Part shown: positions 10,876 to 20,644 of the stretch, piece by piece
Layout of the letters: every line of letters starts with the position of its first letter
How positions within the stretch are numbered: position 1 is the stretch's first letter
From: Patescibacteria group bacterium
Lineage (GTDB): Bacteria; Patescibacteriota; Microgenomatia; UBA1400; 2-01-FULL-45-11
Direction: 5' to 3'
DNA length: 64,000 bases
NCBI GenBank assembly: GCA_042569595.1
Contig: JBHPHI010000002.1
Span: forward strand, 2,590 to 66,589
Program-made: the position numbers and the translations under genes
The notes under the pieces: generated by a model
What the model was told of the DNA's origin: nothing
Seen by the model: the letters and a program-made list of their open reading frames with translations, nothing else
Database searches by the model: none

Positions 10876-11943
10876 ATGAAACTAGAAAATTTCCTAAAAA
10901 AAAGAATCAACAACCTTCAAAAACGTCTTAAAAAAGAAAAAATCCAATACCTTCTCGTCACAAATTCAAAAAATATCACCTACCTCACCGGATACTGTCC
11001 TGACGGTAGCAGTAGGGAAGTTTACCTAATTTTTTCAGAAAAAAAATCTTACCTATTTACTTTCAAGCTTTTTGAGATCAATGTAAAAAACTTACACCCA
11101 CTTTACAAGATTACGTGTTTATCAAAAGATAATACGCTCTCTTCATGCATAAAAAGGATACTAGACTCAGATTCAATATGGATAGAAAAAAACGATTTAA
11201 AAGTTTCAGAGTTTGAGGATATTAAAAATAAAATTAATTCTAAAGTACATTACTCACCAAAAATAATAGAAGAGCTTAGACAAAAAAAAGACGACATTGA
11301 AATAGTAAATCTTAAAAAAGCTTGTCAGATAACTAAAAAAACGTGGAATCAAATAAAACAATCAATTAGGCCAGGAAAAACTGAGAAAGAGATACAAAGT
11401 CACATAATTTCAGTTCTATATAAGAATGGAGCGGATGGCATCTCAGTAGATTTTTCACCTATAGTAGCCACAGGAATTAATTCTGCCTCCCCTCACCACA
11501 AACCAACAAACAAAAAAATCAAAACAAACGACGTAGTTTTGATAGATTTTGGGTGTCAAGTATCCGGATACTGCTCTGATATGACAAGAACGTTAAAGTT
11601 GGGAGAAAAATCGAAGGAATTTGACTCTATTGAAAGTATTGTAAAGCGCGCTTATGAGAAAGCATTTTTAAATTTAGACAATAATATTTCAACCGATGAA
11701 AGAGTATTTAAGATTTTAGAAAAACATGACCTAGAAAAAAACATGCTTCACAGCACAGGTCATGGGATTGGACTCTCTGTGCACGAATCACCTGCAATAA
11801 GCAGGAAATCCAATGAAAAAATTAAAATAGAAAACAACATGATATTTACAATTGAGCCGGGAATATATTTGCAAAATAAATTTGGCTATAGATACGAAAA
11901 CACAATTGCAAAAATTAAAGACGAATACGTAGAGCTTACCTAA
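10876..11943 (+). CDS. Xaa-Pro aminopeptidase, M24 family
   Basis: YCSDMTRT, HSTGHGIGLSVHE, TIEPGIY, RYE. Confidence 0.92.
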   Translation: MKLENFLKKRINNLQKRLKKEKIQYLLVTNSKNITYLTGYCPDGSSREVYLIFSEKKSYLFTFKLFEINVKNLHPLYKITCLSKDNTLSSCIKRILDSDSIWIEKNDLKVSEFEDIKNKINSKVHYSPKIIEELRQKKDDIEIVNLKKACQITKKTWNQIKQSIRPGKTEKEIQSHIISVLYKNGADGISVDFSPIVATGINSASPHHKPTNKKIKTNDVVLIDFGCQVSGYCSDMTRTLKLGEKSKEFDSIESIVKRAYEKAFLNLDNNISTDERVFKILEKHDLEKNMLHSTGHGIGLSVHESPAISRKSNEKIKIENNMIFTIEPGIYLQNKFGYRYENTIAKIKDEYVELT

Positions 11944-12167
11944 CCTCGAAGTTTAAAGTACAAGAAGACTTCTATTCCCAAAATTAACAAACTCAAAACC
12001 AAAGTTTTGGTCAAGTCTTTAGAAATTAGTCTGGACTCATATCCAAAATCCACAGCTTTCATCTTTTTAGGGGGGTTGGAAATATCAATCAAGGATTCAG
12101 AGAGAGTGTAAACCCTCTTTGTTTTAGACTTTTCCTTTTGTTTTCGGGTTCTTCTTTTTTTAGCCAT
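11940..12167 (-). CDS. small basic protein with C-terminal TM helix (75 aa)
   Basis: MAKKRRTRKQK...DLTKTLVLSLLILGIEVFLY; start moved to ATG 12167 because the longer ORF overlaps the opposite gene. Confidence 0.65.
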   Translation of the reverse strand: MAKKRRTRKQKEKSKTKRVYTLSESLIDISNPPKKMKAVDFGYESRLISKDLTKTLVLSLLILGIEVFLYFKLRG

Positions 12168-12252
12168 ATGTAGACATATAGTAGATCTAAGCTTTAAAAA
12201 TAACAAGTTAATTGATTGACGATACGCCTCAAGAAGAGTAGAATTTAGTCTG

Positions 12253-12729
12253 ATGATAGAACCAATAATGATAGGAATTATAGCTGGCTTAGCAGTAGTT
12301 TTTGTTTGGGTGGTGGTGTTGACTGTTGTATACATTAAGTCACAAAAAACTTTCAAGAAAATTACTAAAGGAATTTCAAAAAAGGACCTTAAAACTCTCT
12401 TGAAGGAGATTGCTGACTCACTTAAAAATGCTGGAAACGAAATAAAAGCTATACAACAGGACTTAGACACAGTCGAAGAAGAAATGAAATCTCATCTTCA
12501 AAAAATTGGGTTTATAAGATTCAATCCCTTCTCAGATACCGGTGGAAATCAAAGCTTTAGTCTTTGCTTGCTCGACGACAACAATGATGGTATCGTCATA
12601 ACATCGCTTCATAGTCGAGACTCTACTAGAATTTATTCAAAAAAGATAAAGAAGGGGTCAACAAATGAGCGGGAATTATCAAAAGAAGAACAAGAAGCTT
12701 TAAAACAAGCACTCAAGAATAAAAAATAA
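12253..12729 (+). CDS. DUF4446-family membrane-anchored coiled-coil protein
   Basis: KIGFIRFNPFSDTGGNQSFSLCLLD...GIVITSLHSR. Confidence 0.85.
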   Translation: MIEPIMIGIIAGLAVVFVWVVVLTVVYIKSQKTFKKITKGISKKDLKTLLKEIADSLKNAGNEIKAIQQDLDTVEEEMKSHLQKIGFIRFNPFSDTGGNQSFSLCLLDDNNDGIVITSLHSRDSTRIYSKKIKKGSTNERELSKEEQEALKQALKNKK

Positions 12730-12737
12730 GGATTTCC

Positions 12738-13931
12738 ATGAAAAACTCAAAAACAATTGTTGCGGCTCTTATTTTGTATTTATTATCCACCGGTATATCG
12801 TTTGCTACATTCAACTACTTAGGAAGTCCGAATTCACCAGCAACCTCTCCAGAAGCAGAGGGTGGATTTAATGGTTTATTAAGCATCGAACCAGGAGCTC
12901 CAAAAGACCAAGAATGTCCGCTCAATGGAATGATGTACACAAAGATAGAGAAAGAAGCTTGGGAGAAAAGAAGACCATTGGCAATAATGGTAGAAAATAG
13001 CCCAGAAGCAAGACCACACTCTGGAATTATTAGAGCAGACATAGTCTATGAGGCGGTTGCAGAGGGTGGAGTTACAAGGTTCATGCCAGTTTATTATTGT
13101 GATGCTCAAAGAGACGAAGTAAAAGTAGCTCCAGTGAGAAGCGTCAGGACTTATTTTATTGATTGGGCTTCAGAATATGGAGAAACCCCATTGTTTGGGC
13201 ACGTAGGTGGAGCAAACTGCAGCGCTGACCCAGGCGGTCCATGCAAGACAGACAGAAGAGCTCAGGCAATTGAGCAATTAGCTAGGTATGAGTGGAGGTA
13301 CAGTAAGGGAAATGATTTAGATCAGTTTGCTGTCGGTGCTCCTACATACATCAGGAATGAAACAAGGCTCGGGCATAGGGTGTCAACAGAACATAGTGTT
13401 GTGGGAAGTACTGAGGGTTTATGGGAAGAAGGAGAAGAGCGTGGATGGACAAATTTAGATTTAGAAGGTGTTGAGTGGTCGGACAACTTCTCTCCTTGGG
13501 AGTTTCAAGATGAGGCTGTAGAAGTAAGTAGGGGCGACGTGGATTCAATAGGTTTCTATTTCTGGGATGGCTACGATGAATTTAAGGTTGATTGGAAATA
13601 TGATAAAACATCAAATGAATATTACCGATCTACTGGGGGTGAGCCGCACAAAGATCTTGAAACAGACAAGCAACTTTTCGCAAAGAACGTAGTATTGTTA
13701 TTTACAAAAGAGATAGGGCCAGTAGATGACTTAAAGCACATGCTTTACGAAACCACGGGGTCGGGCGAAGCATTGGTATTTCAAAATGGCAATGTCACAG
13801 AAGCAAAGTGGAAAAAATCAACTAGAACATCTAGAACAATTTTCACTGACAAGTCTGGAAGCGAAATAGAATTTGTTAGAGGTCCGATATGGGTGCAAAT
13901 TCTAGCGAATGGAAACGACGTAGAGTATTAA
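12738..13931 (+). CDS. DUF3048-family exported protein
   Basis: RPLAIMVENSPEARPHSG, VYEAVAEGGVTRF, PVRSVR. Confidence 0.85.
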   Translation: MKNSKTIVAALILYLLSTGISFATFNYLGSPNSPATSPEAEGGFNGLLSIEPGAPKDQECPLNGMMYTKIEKEAWEKRRPLAIMVENSPEARPHSGIIRADIVYEAVAEGGVTRFMPVYYCDAQRDEVKVAPVRSVRTYFIDWASEYGETPLFGHVGGANCSADPGGPCKTDRRAQAIEQLARYEWRYSKGNDLDQFAVGAPTYIRNETRLGHRVSTEHSVVGSTEGLWEEGEERGWTNLDLEGVEWSDNFSPWEFQDEAVEVSRGDVDSIGFYFWDGYDEFKVDWKYDKTSNEYYRSTGGEPHKDLETDKQLFAKNVVLLFTKEIGPVDDLKHMLYETTGSGEALVFQNGNVTEAKWKKSTRTSRTIFTDKSGSEIEFVRGPIWVQILANGNDVEY

Positions 13932-13998
13932 CGAAGATTTGTTCAAAACCAGTATTTAATTGTTATTGATTTCAACCTGAAAATGTATTATTGTTCAA

Positions 13999-14018
13999 TT
14001 ACAGTATACAATCTGTAA
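13999..14018. promoter_or_regulatory. palindrome TTACAG-N8-CTGTAA enclosing a TACAAT -10 hexamer
   Basis: ttacag-tatacaat-ctgtaa upstream of the wHTH/AbrB gene pair. Confidence 0.45.
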
Positions 14019-14090
14019 ATAAAGAGCCTGCCTAGAAACAAATTAGAACAGACATATAAAAAACTGCTCAATTGTCTCAGAAAGGAAGGT

Positions 14091-14672
14091 ATGGCCAACC
14101 TAAAAGACTTCATGATCTCAAGAGTGAGGGTTAAACTCCTCAAGCTTTTTTACGAAAATCCCCACGAACTATATTATGTTCGACAACTAACCAGAAAAAC
14201 TCAAGAAGAAATAAACGCAGTTCGAAGAGAATTAAATCGATTGGATAGAATTGGCGTGTTAAAAAGTGAAAGAAGAGGAAATAGGTTGTATTACTACCTA
14301 AATCCTTCTTACGATTTTTACGAAGACTTACTTAGTTTGGTAAGCAAAACCACAGGTTTGGGCGGAGCAATTCGAAAAAATAGAGTAAAACTTGGAAAAA
14401 TAAAATTTGCCATGTTGTCAGGTAAATTCGTAAGGAAAAAAGAAAGAGGAAAAAACGAAGTTGACCTCTTGATGGTTGGGGAAGTAGTTATTCCAGAATT
14501 AGCTTCAATAGTAAAAAACGAAGAAGAGAAAAGGTCCACTGAAGTAAATTACACAGTAATGAAGCAAGACGAATTTTTATTCAGGAAAGAAAGAAGAGAC
14601 CCTTTTCTTTTGGGAATACTTTCAAAATCAAGAGTTATGATTATTGGAGATGAAGAAGGCCTGGTGGACTAA
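14091..14672 (+). CDS. winged-HTH protein with C-terminal nucleotidyltransferase-like domain
   Basis: SRVRVKLLKLF...YVRQLTR...INAVRRELNRL wHTH; SGKF...EVDLLMVG; AAGGAAGG SD. Confidence 0.75.
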   Translation: MANLKDFMISRVRVKLLKLFYENPHELYYVRQLTRKTQEEINAVRRELNRLDRIGVLKSERRGNRLYYYLNPSYDFYEDLLSLVSKTTGLGGAIRKNRVKLGKIKFAMLSGKFVRKKERGKNEVDLLMVGEVVIPELASIVKNEEEKRSTEVNYTVMKQDEFLFRKERRDPFLLGILSKSRVMIIGDEEGLVD

Positions 14673-14873
14673 ATGATTCAAAAAGTTGTAAAAACAGGCA
14701 ACTCTCTTGCAGTTACAGTTCCATCAAAATTTGTAAAAAAAGTTGGACTTAAGGCTGGAGACAGAGTTAAGTCTGAGGTGTTGGCAGAAACAAACACAAT
14801 AAAATATTCCTTTCTTGATACAAGGCAACTTCCGTTGTCTAGTAAATTTCTCAAAAACAAATCAGAGCAATAG
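14673..14873 (+). CDS. AbrB/MazE/SpoVT-family DNA-binding protein
   Basis: KVVKTGNSLAVTVP...GLKAGDRV. Confidence 0.85.
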   Translation: MIQKVVKTGNSLAVTVPSKFVKKVGLKAGDRVKSEVLAETNTIKYSFLDTRQLPLSSKFLKNKSEQ

Positions 14874-14916
14874 AGTCAAAACTTAAAGATCGTGGTAAAT
14901 TAGACAATGTATTAGT

Positions 14917-16272
14917 ATGACTCAATCTAAAAAACTTTTAATTATTGGAATAATTACAACCTTAGCAATATTTATAGACGTCCCCGAAAATATTCCTGTA
15001 AATATCAATCAAGGCCCCATCAACATCAATACGACCATCCATCGACCCCCAATTAATGTTTCAATACTAGGAAAGACTTTTTATAGAGATCTAAAAGTGA
15101 AGCAAGGCCTTGATCTTCAGGGAGGCACTCAGGTTTTACTTCGAGCAAACATGGAAAACATTGCACAAGAAGATCATCAAGATGCTTTAGATAGTAGTAA
15201 AGAAATCATCAGCAGAAGAATTGATTTATTTGGAATAAACGAAGCGGTGGTTCAGACCAGCGTAGTTGAGAAAGATTATCGAATAATTGTAGAGTTGCCA
15301 GGAGTTTCAGATGTAAATCAAGCGCTTGATTTAATTGGCGCCACAGCACAGCTTGAATTCAGAGAATTGTTAGAAGAAAAAAAAGCTACAGACTCCGCAA
15401 CTTTGCTTGATTTTCAAAAAACAGATCTTACAGGAAAAAATCTAAAAAAATCTAGAGTTGAATTTGATCCAAATACTGGACAACCAGTTGTTTCATTAGA
15501 ATTCGATGAGGATGGAGCTACTCTATTTGAGGAAATCACGACTAGAAATGTTGGCCATCCAGTTGCGATATTTTTAGATCAGTACCCTGTCACAACTCCT
15601 ATTGTAAACGGACCCATATCGGGCGGGAAAGCTGTAATTTCTGGTCAGTTCGACACAAACCAGGCAAAAAACTTAAGCATTCAACTAAATGCAGGAGCAC
15701 TACCAGTCCCTATTGAAATAATTGAGCAGAGAAATATTGGAGCCACCCTGGGTCAGGAATCTGTTCAAAAGAGTATTACTGCAGGTGGAGTTGGGCTCAT
15801 TATGGTTATGTTGTTTATGTTTCTGTATTACGGAAGACTGGGTTTGATAGCCAATATAGGATTAATTATTTATGGCTTGATTACGTTAGCCATATATAAG
15901 CTACTTCCAGTAACACTTACACTACCAGGATTAGCAGGTTTTATTCTGTCCGTGGGTATGGCAGTAGATAGCAACATTTTAGTTTTTGAAAGAATGAAGG
16001 AGGAACTAAGGTTGGGAAAAAAATGGCAGGTAGCAATGGAGTTGGGGTTCGGAAGGGCTTGGGATTCTATAAAAGATGCAAATGTAGCCACTCTAATCAC
16101 TGCATTTATTTTATTCAACCCACTTAACTGGAGCCTATTTAATACCTCAGGGATGATACGTGGTTTTGCTTTAACTCTGGCTCTTGGAATATTTGTAAGT
16201 TTATTTACAGGAATCTTCGTTACAAGAACACTTTTACGAGCCCTTTATAAGGGATCAAAGGAGAAGAGATGA
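14917..16272 (+). CDS. secD: protein translocase subunit SecD
   Basis: GLDLQGG, AGALPVP, GMAVDSNILVFER. Confidence 0.96.
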   Translation: MTQSKKLLIIGIITTLAIFIDVPENIPVNINQGPININTTIHRPPINVSILGKTFYRDLKVKQGLDLQGGTQVLLRANMENIAQEDHQDALDSSKEIISRRIDLFGINEAVVQTSVVEKDYRIIVELPGVSDVNQALDLIGATAQLEFRELLEEKKATDSATLLDFQKTDLTGKNLKKSRVEFDPNTGQPVVSLEFDEDGATLFEEITTRNVGHPVAIFLDQYPVTTPIVNGPISGGKAVISGQFDTNQAKNLSIQLNAGALPVPIEIIEQRNIGATLGQESVQKSITAGGVGLIMVMLFMFLYYGRLGLIANIGLIIYGLITLAIYKLLPVTLTLPGLAGFILSVGMAVDSNILVFERMKEELRLGKKWQVAMELGFGRAWDSIKDANVATLITAFILFNPLNWSLFNTSGMIRGFALTLALGIFVSLFTGIFVTRTLLRALYKGSKEKR

Positions 16273-17144
16273 TAGATTTCATGAAGTATAAAACTATATA
16301 TTTTGTTATTTCTGCAATTGTGATAATTCCAGGGATAGTTTCTCTCATTATGTTTGGGTTAAAACCTTCAATTGATTTTACAGGGGGCTCATTGTTGGAA
16401 GTAGGTTTTCTTGAAAATCAAGCAAACATTGAAAGATCAAAAGAACTTATTCCAGAAGGTATTGAACTAAACACAATTCAAACTTCAGGAGAGAATAATT
16501 TACTCCTCAAATTGAAACCAATTACAAGAGAGCAGTCAGAAGACATTAAAAGTAATTTTAGCGGTGAGTATGGTCAGATAGAAGAAGTTAGATTCGAAAC
16601 AGTTGGTCCAACAATAGGCAAGGAACTACTTAGAAAAACACTATTTGCCGTCGCTGCAGCAGCAGGGGCAATTTTAATATACGTGATGTATCAATTTAGT
16701 GAATTAAAGTATGGAGTAAGCGCAGTTCTTGCAATGTTTCATGACTCGTTAATTTTATTAGGGACATTTAGTTTATTGGGTCATTATTACGGAGTAGAGG
16801 TAGACACACTTTTTGTTACTGCAGTCTTAACAATTCTTTCCTTTTCAGTTCACGATACTATTGTTGTTTACGACAGGATTAGAGAAACTCTAAGGAAAAA
16901 TCGAAAAGCCAAATTTATAGACATTGTCAACAAGTCAGTTGCAGAAACTTTAGGTAGATCTATAAACAATTCAATGACAATTATTTTTATGCTACTAGCA
17001 CTTTGGCTTTTGGGAGGAGAAACTACAAAATGGTTTGTTTTTGCCCTTTTAGTGGGAACCATCACTGGAACTTATTCATCCACATTTACAGCCGCTCCGC
17101 TTCTAATTCTTTGGGAAGAAATCAAAGCAAAAAGAAAAAACTAA
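16269..17144 (+). CDS. secF: protein translocase subunit SecF
   Basis: IDFTGGS, VGPTIG, SVHDTIVVYDRIRE, GTYSS. Confidence 0.96.
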   Translation: MIDFMKYKTIYFVISAIVIIPGIVSLIMFGLKPSIDFTGGSLLEVGFLENQANIERSKELIPEGIELNTIQTSGENNLLLKLKPITREQSEDIKSNFSGEYGQIEEVRFETVGPTIGKELLRKTLFAVAAAAGAILIYVMYQFSELKYGVSAVLAMFHDSLILLGTFSLLGHYYGVEVDTLFVTAVLTILSFSVHDTIVVYDRIRETLRKNRKAKFIDIVNKSVAETLGRSINNSMTIIFMLLALWLLGGETTKWFVFALLVGTITGTYSSTFTAAPLLILWEEIKAKRKN

Positions 17145-18571
17145 CCCAACTCTTTTATCCTTTTTAACAAATACTCCTTGTTGTTCTTACTCGTGTCTTC
17201 CATAACTTCGTCAAACAACACATTCATTATTTCTCCAACTTTTCTTCCAGGTTTTATTTTCAACTCATTCATCACGTCTTCCCCATTTACTTTTAGATCC
17301 CGTAACGTCATGGGTTCATATAGTTGCTCTCCTATGCGCTGTTGTAGCTCCCTTAGTCTCCAGCTTGTGGCTTTACTTCCTCCTCCTTTTCTATCACCTA
17401 CACGAAGAAGCATCATGTCATTTATGTTTTCAATTCCCACCCTTTTAATAAATCTTCTTATAGCCGCATCTGTCATTTTTGGGTCATATGTAAACATGTG
17501 CCATCTCACCAAAGTAGATAATCTTTCAGTTTGTTTTTTTGAAAGCCGTAATCTCTTCGAGATTTTTCTCACAATTCTTTCTCCCACCACCTCATGGCCA
17601 TAAAAAGTTATCCCTCTCGGCCCCTGTTCTCTATATGAAATAGGCTTACCTATGTCGTGTAAAAACGTAGCAAGCTTCACAATTGGGTTTGTGCTAGGAC
17701 ACTCTCTTAAACTCTCCAAAGAATGATGCCATACATCCAACTTATGTCGTCCTGCTTGAGGAACATTTCTCATCGCTAGTGTTTCGGGAAGAATATATTC
17801 AAGAATTCCAGAATTAAGCAACATAGTTACGCCGTCCGCAGCAAAATCAGAACCCATTATCTTGAGAAGTTCTTGAGAAATTCTTTCCCAGCTAACTTCA
17901 TTTATTAAAGAAGAGTTTTTCTTAATTGCTTTCAACGTGTCATTTTCAATCACAAAACCAATTTGAGCCCCAAAGCGTACTGCCCTCATCATTCGCAAAG
18001 CATCTTCACGAAATCTTTCATCTGGATCCCCAACTGCCTTAATAAGTTTGCCATCAAGGTCTTTTTGACCATCAAATGGATCAATAATTTCAACTGTTAT
18101 ATCAACGAATCCATTTTTTTGCTTAGGCAAAGTAGAAGAATTCTTAAGCGCCATTGCGTTTATCGTAAAATCTCTCCTAGCAAGATCTTCTTCGACAGTT
18201 TTTCCCCACACAATTTTGTCAGGGTGTCTTCTGTTGCTGTAGCCATACTCCTTTCTAAAGGTTGTGATTTCATATACTTGATCTAACCATCCATGAGTAG
18301 ACCAAATGGGGTCTTTTGTTTTTTTGTTTTCAGTTATTTCAAGTAAGTGTTTTCCAGAAATTCCTACAGTTCCAAATGAATTATCATAAAAACTTTCAGG
18401 AAAAAGCTTTACTACTTCTTCAGGTTTTGCGCTTGTTGTAAAATCCCAGTCTTTTGTACTTGCTTCAATCAACAAATCTCTCACTGCACCGCCAACAACG
18501 TAAGCTTCATGCCCGGCTTCTGTTAGAATAGATAACACTGCCGCTACAGGTTCTGGAAGATTCACTTTCAT
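17141..18571 (-). CDS. cca: CCA tRNA nucleotidyltransferase with HD domain
   Basis: VGGAVRD, DWD, RRDFTINAMA, EDALRMMRAVRF, LHDIGK. Confidence 0.92.
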   Translation of the reverse strand: MKVNLPEPVAAVLSILTEAGHEAYVVGGAVRDLLIEASTKDWDFTTSAKPEEVVKLFPESFYDNSFGTVGISGKHLLEITENKKTKDPIWSTHGWLDQVYEITTFRKEYGYSNRRHPDKIVWGKTVEEDLARRDFTINAMALKNSSTLPKQKNGFVDITVEIIDPFDGQKDLDGKLIKAVGDPDERFREDALRMMRAVRFGAQIGFVIENDTLKAIKKNSSLINEVSWERISQELLKIMGSDFAADGVTMLLNSGILEYILPETLAMRNVPQAGRHKLDVWHHSLESLRECPSTNPIVKLATFLHDIGKPISYREQGPRGITFYGHEVVGERIVRKISKRLRLSKKQTERLSTLVRWHMFTYDPKMTDAAIRRFIKRVGIENINDMMLLRVGDRKGGGSKATSWRLRELQQRIGEQLYEPMTLRDLKVNGEDVMNELKIKPGRKVGEIMNVLFDEVMEDTSKNNKEYLLKRIKELG

Positions 18572-18611
18572 AACCCAATCATATCATGTACAGGAAGGTA
18601 GATAGATAATC

Positions 18612-20270
18612 ATGCGCTGGAATATTATTCAACAAATTACAAGCAAAAACAAAAAAACTAGAACAAAAGAAATTGTAAAAAAAATATTAAAAAATCGTGA
18701 ATTAATTTCAAAAAATCAGATAGATAGATTTCTAAGCACTAAAGACCCACTTAGCATTTCTTTAAAAGAAGTAGATATTGACTCAAAACAAGTAAGCATT
18801 GCCATTACTAGAATTAAAGAGGCAATAGAAAATAAGGAAGAAATTATTGTTTTTGGAGATTACGATGCAGATGGAATTACTGCAACGGCTATTTTATGGG
18901 AAACGCTGCATGAATTAGGGGCAAGAGTACTTCCATTTATTCCCCACAGAGAAAAACATGGATATGGATTATCCACAAAGGCAATAGACAGTCTTCTAGA
19001 AGACAAAGACCCTAAATTGATTATTACGGTAGACAACGGCATTGTTGCTCATGAGGCAGTAGATTATATAAAACAAAAAAACATTGACTGCATTATCACC
19101 GATCATCATGTTAGTTCAGACTCACTTCCAAAAGCAGACGCAATCATACATACCACTAAATTAGCAGGGGCCGGAGTTTCTTGGATATTCTCAAGAGAGA
19201 TAATAAAAAAACTAAACAAAGAAGAAATAGAAACATCAAAAAACACCCTAGATCTGGCAACAATTGGAACAGTTGCAGATCAAGTACCTTTAATTGAGAA
19301 TAATAGGAATATTGTTAAAGCAGGTCTAATTTTTTTAAAAAACACAAAAAGACCAGGACTCTTAGCTTTATTTAAACAATCAGACTTTGATCCAAAGGTT
19401 TTAAGTGCCTATCACATCAATTATATTATCGGTCCAAGAATTAATGCGATGGGAAGATTAGCTCACGGACTAGACTCCCTCAGGATTCTATGCACAAAAA
19501 ACAATACGCAAGCAAAAAACTTAGCAGATTTATTAAGCGACACAAACAAAGAAAGACAAGACATTACTTTCGAACTGCTTCAATTAGCCAAAGAGGTTGT
19601 AGGGGAGGTTGAAGGAAAACTAATTATAGTTGATCACAGCGACTTTCATGAAGGAGTAATAGGTCTGGTAGCAGGAAAATTAGCAGAAACACACTATCGT
19701 CCAAGTATTGTTATTGGAAAAGGGAAAAAAACCTCAAAAGCTTCCGCAAGATCAGTGAAAGGAATAAATATAATCGAGCTTATTCGAAAAGCGGAAGATT
19801 TACTCATAAATGCCGGAGGTCATCCGATGGCTGCCGGTTTCACTATAGAGACAGGTAAAATTAGTGAGTTTAAAAAAGTTTTATTAGAAATTGCGAGGAA
19901 AGAAATCGATGAGGAACTACTTACTCCTCTTATTTCTATTGACTGTCAAATAAACATCGAAGACATTAGCTGGGAATTATTTGAGTCGCTTAAGGGTTTA
20001 GAGCCGCACGGAATGGGAAATAAAAAACCCGTGTTTTGTATTAAGAATGTTAAGGTTTTAGAAAAAATGACAATCGGTAGAGATAAAAATCACTTAAAGA
20101 TTATTTTGCCTTCAGAAGTAAAAAAACAAACATCTATAGAAGCTTTGTGGTTCGGACATGGTCAAGATTCAGACAATATTAAAGATGAAGTAAACATAGC
20201 CTTCACTGTTGATGAAAACACTTGGAACGGCAGATCGAAACTACAACTTTTCATAAAAGACATCCAATAA
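18612..20270 (+). CDS. recJ: ssDNA-specific exonuclease RecJ
   Basis: GDYDADG, TVDNG, TDHH, GPRINAMGR, GGHPMAAG. Confidence 0.95.
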   Translation: MRWNIIQQITSKNKKTRTKEIVKKILKNRELISKNQIDRFLSTKDPLSISLKEVDIDSKQVSIAITRIKEAIENKEEIIVFGDYDADGITATAILWETLHELGARVLPFIPHREKHGYGLSTKAIDSLLEDKDPKLIITVDNGIVAHEAVDYIKQKNIDCIITDHHVSSDSLPKADAIIHTTKLAGAGVSWIFSREIIKKLNKEEIETSKNTLDLATIGTVADQVPLIENNRNIVKAGLIFLKNTKRPGLLALFKQSDFDPKVLSAYHINYIIGPRINAMGRLAHGLDSLRILCTKNNTQAKNLADLLSDTNKERQDITFELLQLAKEVVGEVEGKLIIVDHSDFHEGVIGLVAGKLAETHYRPSIVIGKGKKTSKASARSVKGINIIELIRKAEDLLINAGGHPMAAGFTIETGKISEFKKVLLEIARKEIDEELLTPLISIDCQINIEDISWELFESLKGLEPHGMGNKKPVFCIKNVKVLEKMTIGRDKNHLKIILPSEVKKQTSIEALWFGHGQDSDNIKDEVNIAFTVDENTWNGRSKLQLFIKDIQ

Positions 20271-20338
20271 AAAACCCCCGCTTTAATATTGCAATTAATA
20301 AAAAAGCAAGGATTTTTCTGTGCGACTATGGCGAATAA

Positions 20339-20468
20339 CATCACCTGTCAAATGATTAAAAGTTAAGTTGTTAACCTCTAATCATTAATTGACAGGTGAT
20401 GCGTGGTTTCGGAGGAACGAGCCTTGCGGCTCAAGCAACAAGGCTCATTCCACGAAATTGTCAATTAA
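20339..20468. repeat. two long hairpins with an alternative pairing
   Basis: CATCACCTGTCAA (20339)/TTGACAGGTGATG (to 20401) with inner ATGATTA/TAATCAT; TTTCG-GGAA-GAGCCTTG/CAAGGCTC-TTCC-CGAAA (20407-20457); alternative TTAATTGACA (20385)/TGTCAATTAA (20459). Confidence 0.8.
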
Positions 20469-20471
20469 AAT

Positions 20472-20627
20472 TCATTTATGAAAGCCTTTTGAGCAAGATA
20501 TGCAAGTTTGACCTTCTTGGGTCACTTCAATCCTGCAAGAGCACCCACAAGCGCAAGTAGGTGGTTTTTTTTGTATTACTCTGCCTTCCTTTTTTTTCTT
20601 AACCTTTTTTTTCAAGGGTGGGCTCAT
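20472..20627 (-). CDS. Cys-rich microprotein with Lys-rich N-terminus (51 aa)
   Basis: MSPPLKKKVKKKKEGRVIQKKPPTCACGCSCRIEVTQEGQTCISCSKGFHK; GGGAGG SD at 20635-20640. Confidence 0.65.
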   Translation of the reverse strand: MSPPLKKKVKKKKEGRVIQKKPPTCACGCSCRIEVTQEGQTCISCSKGFHK

Positions 20628-20644
20628 TTTTTTGCCTCCCTTAA

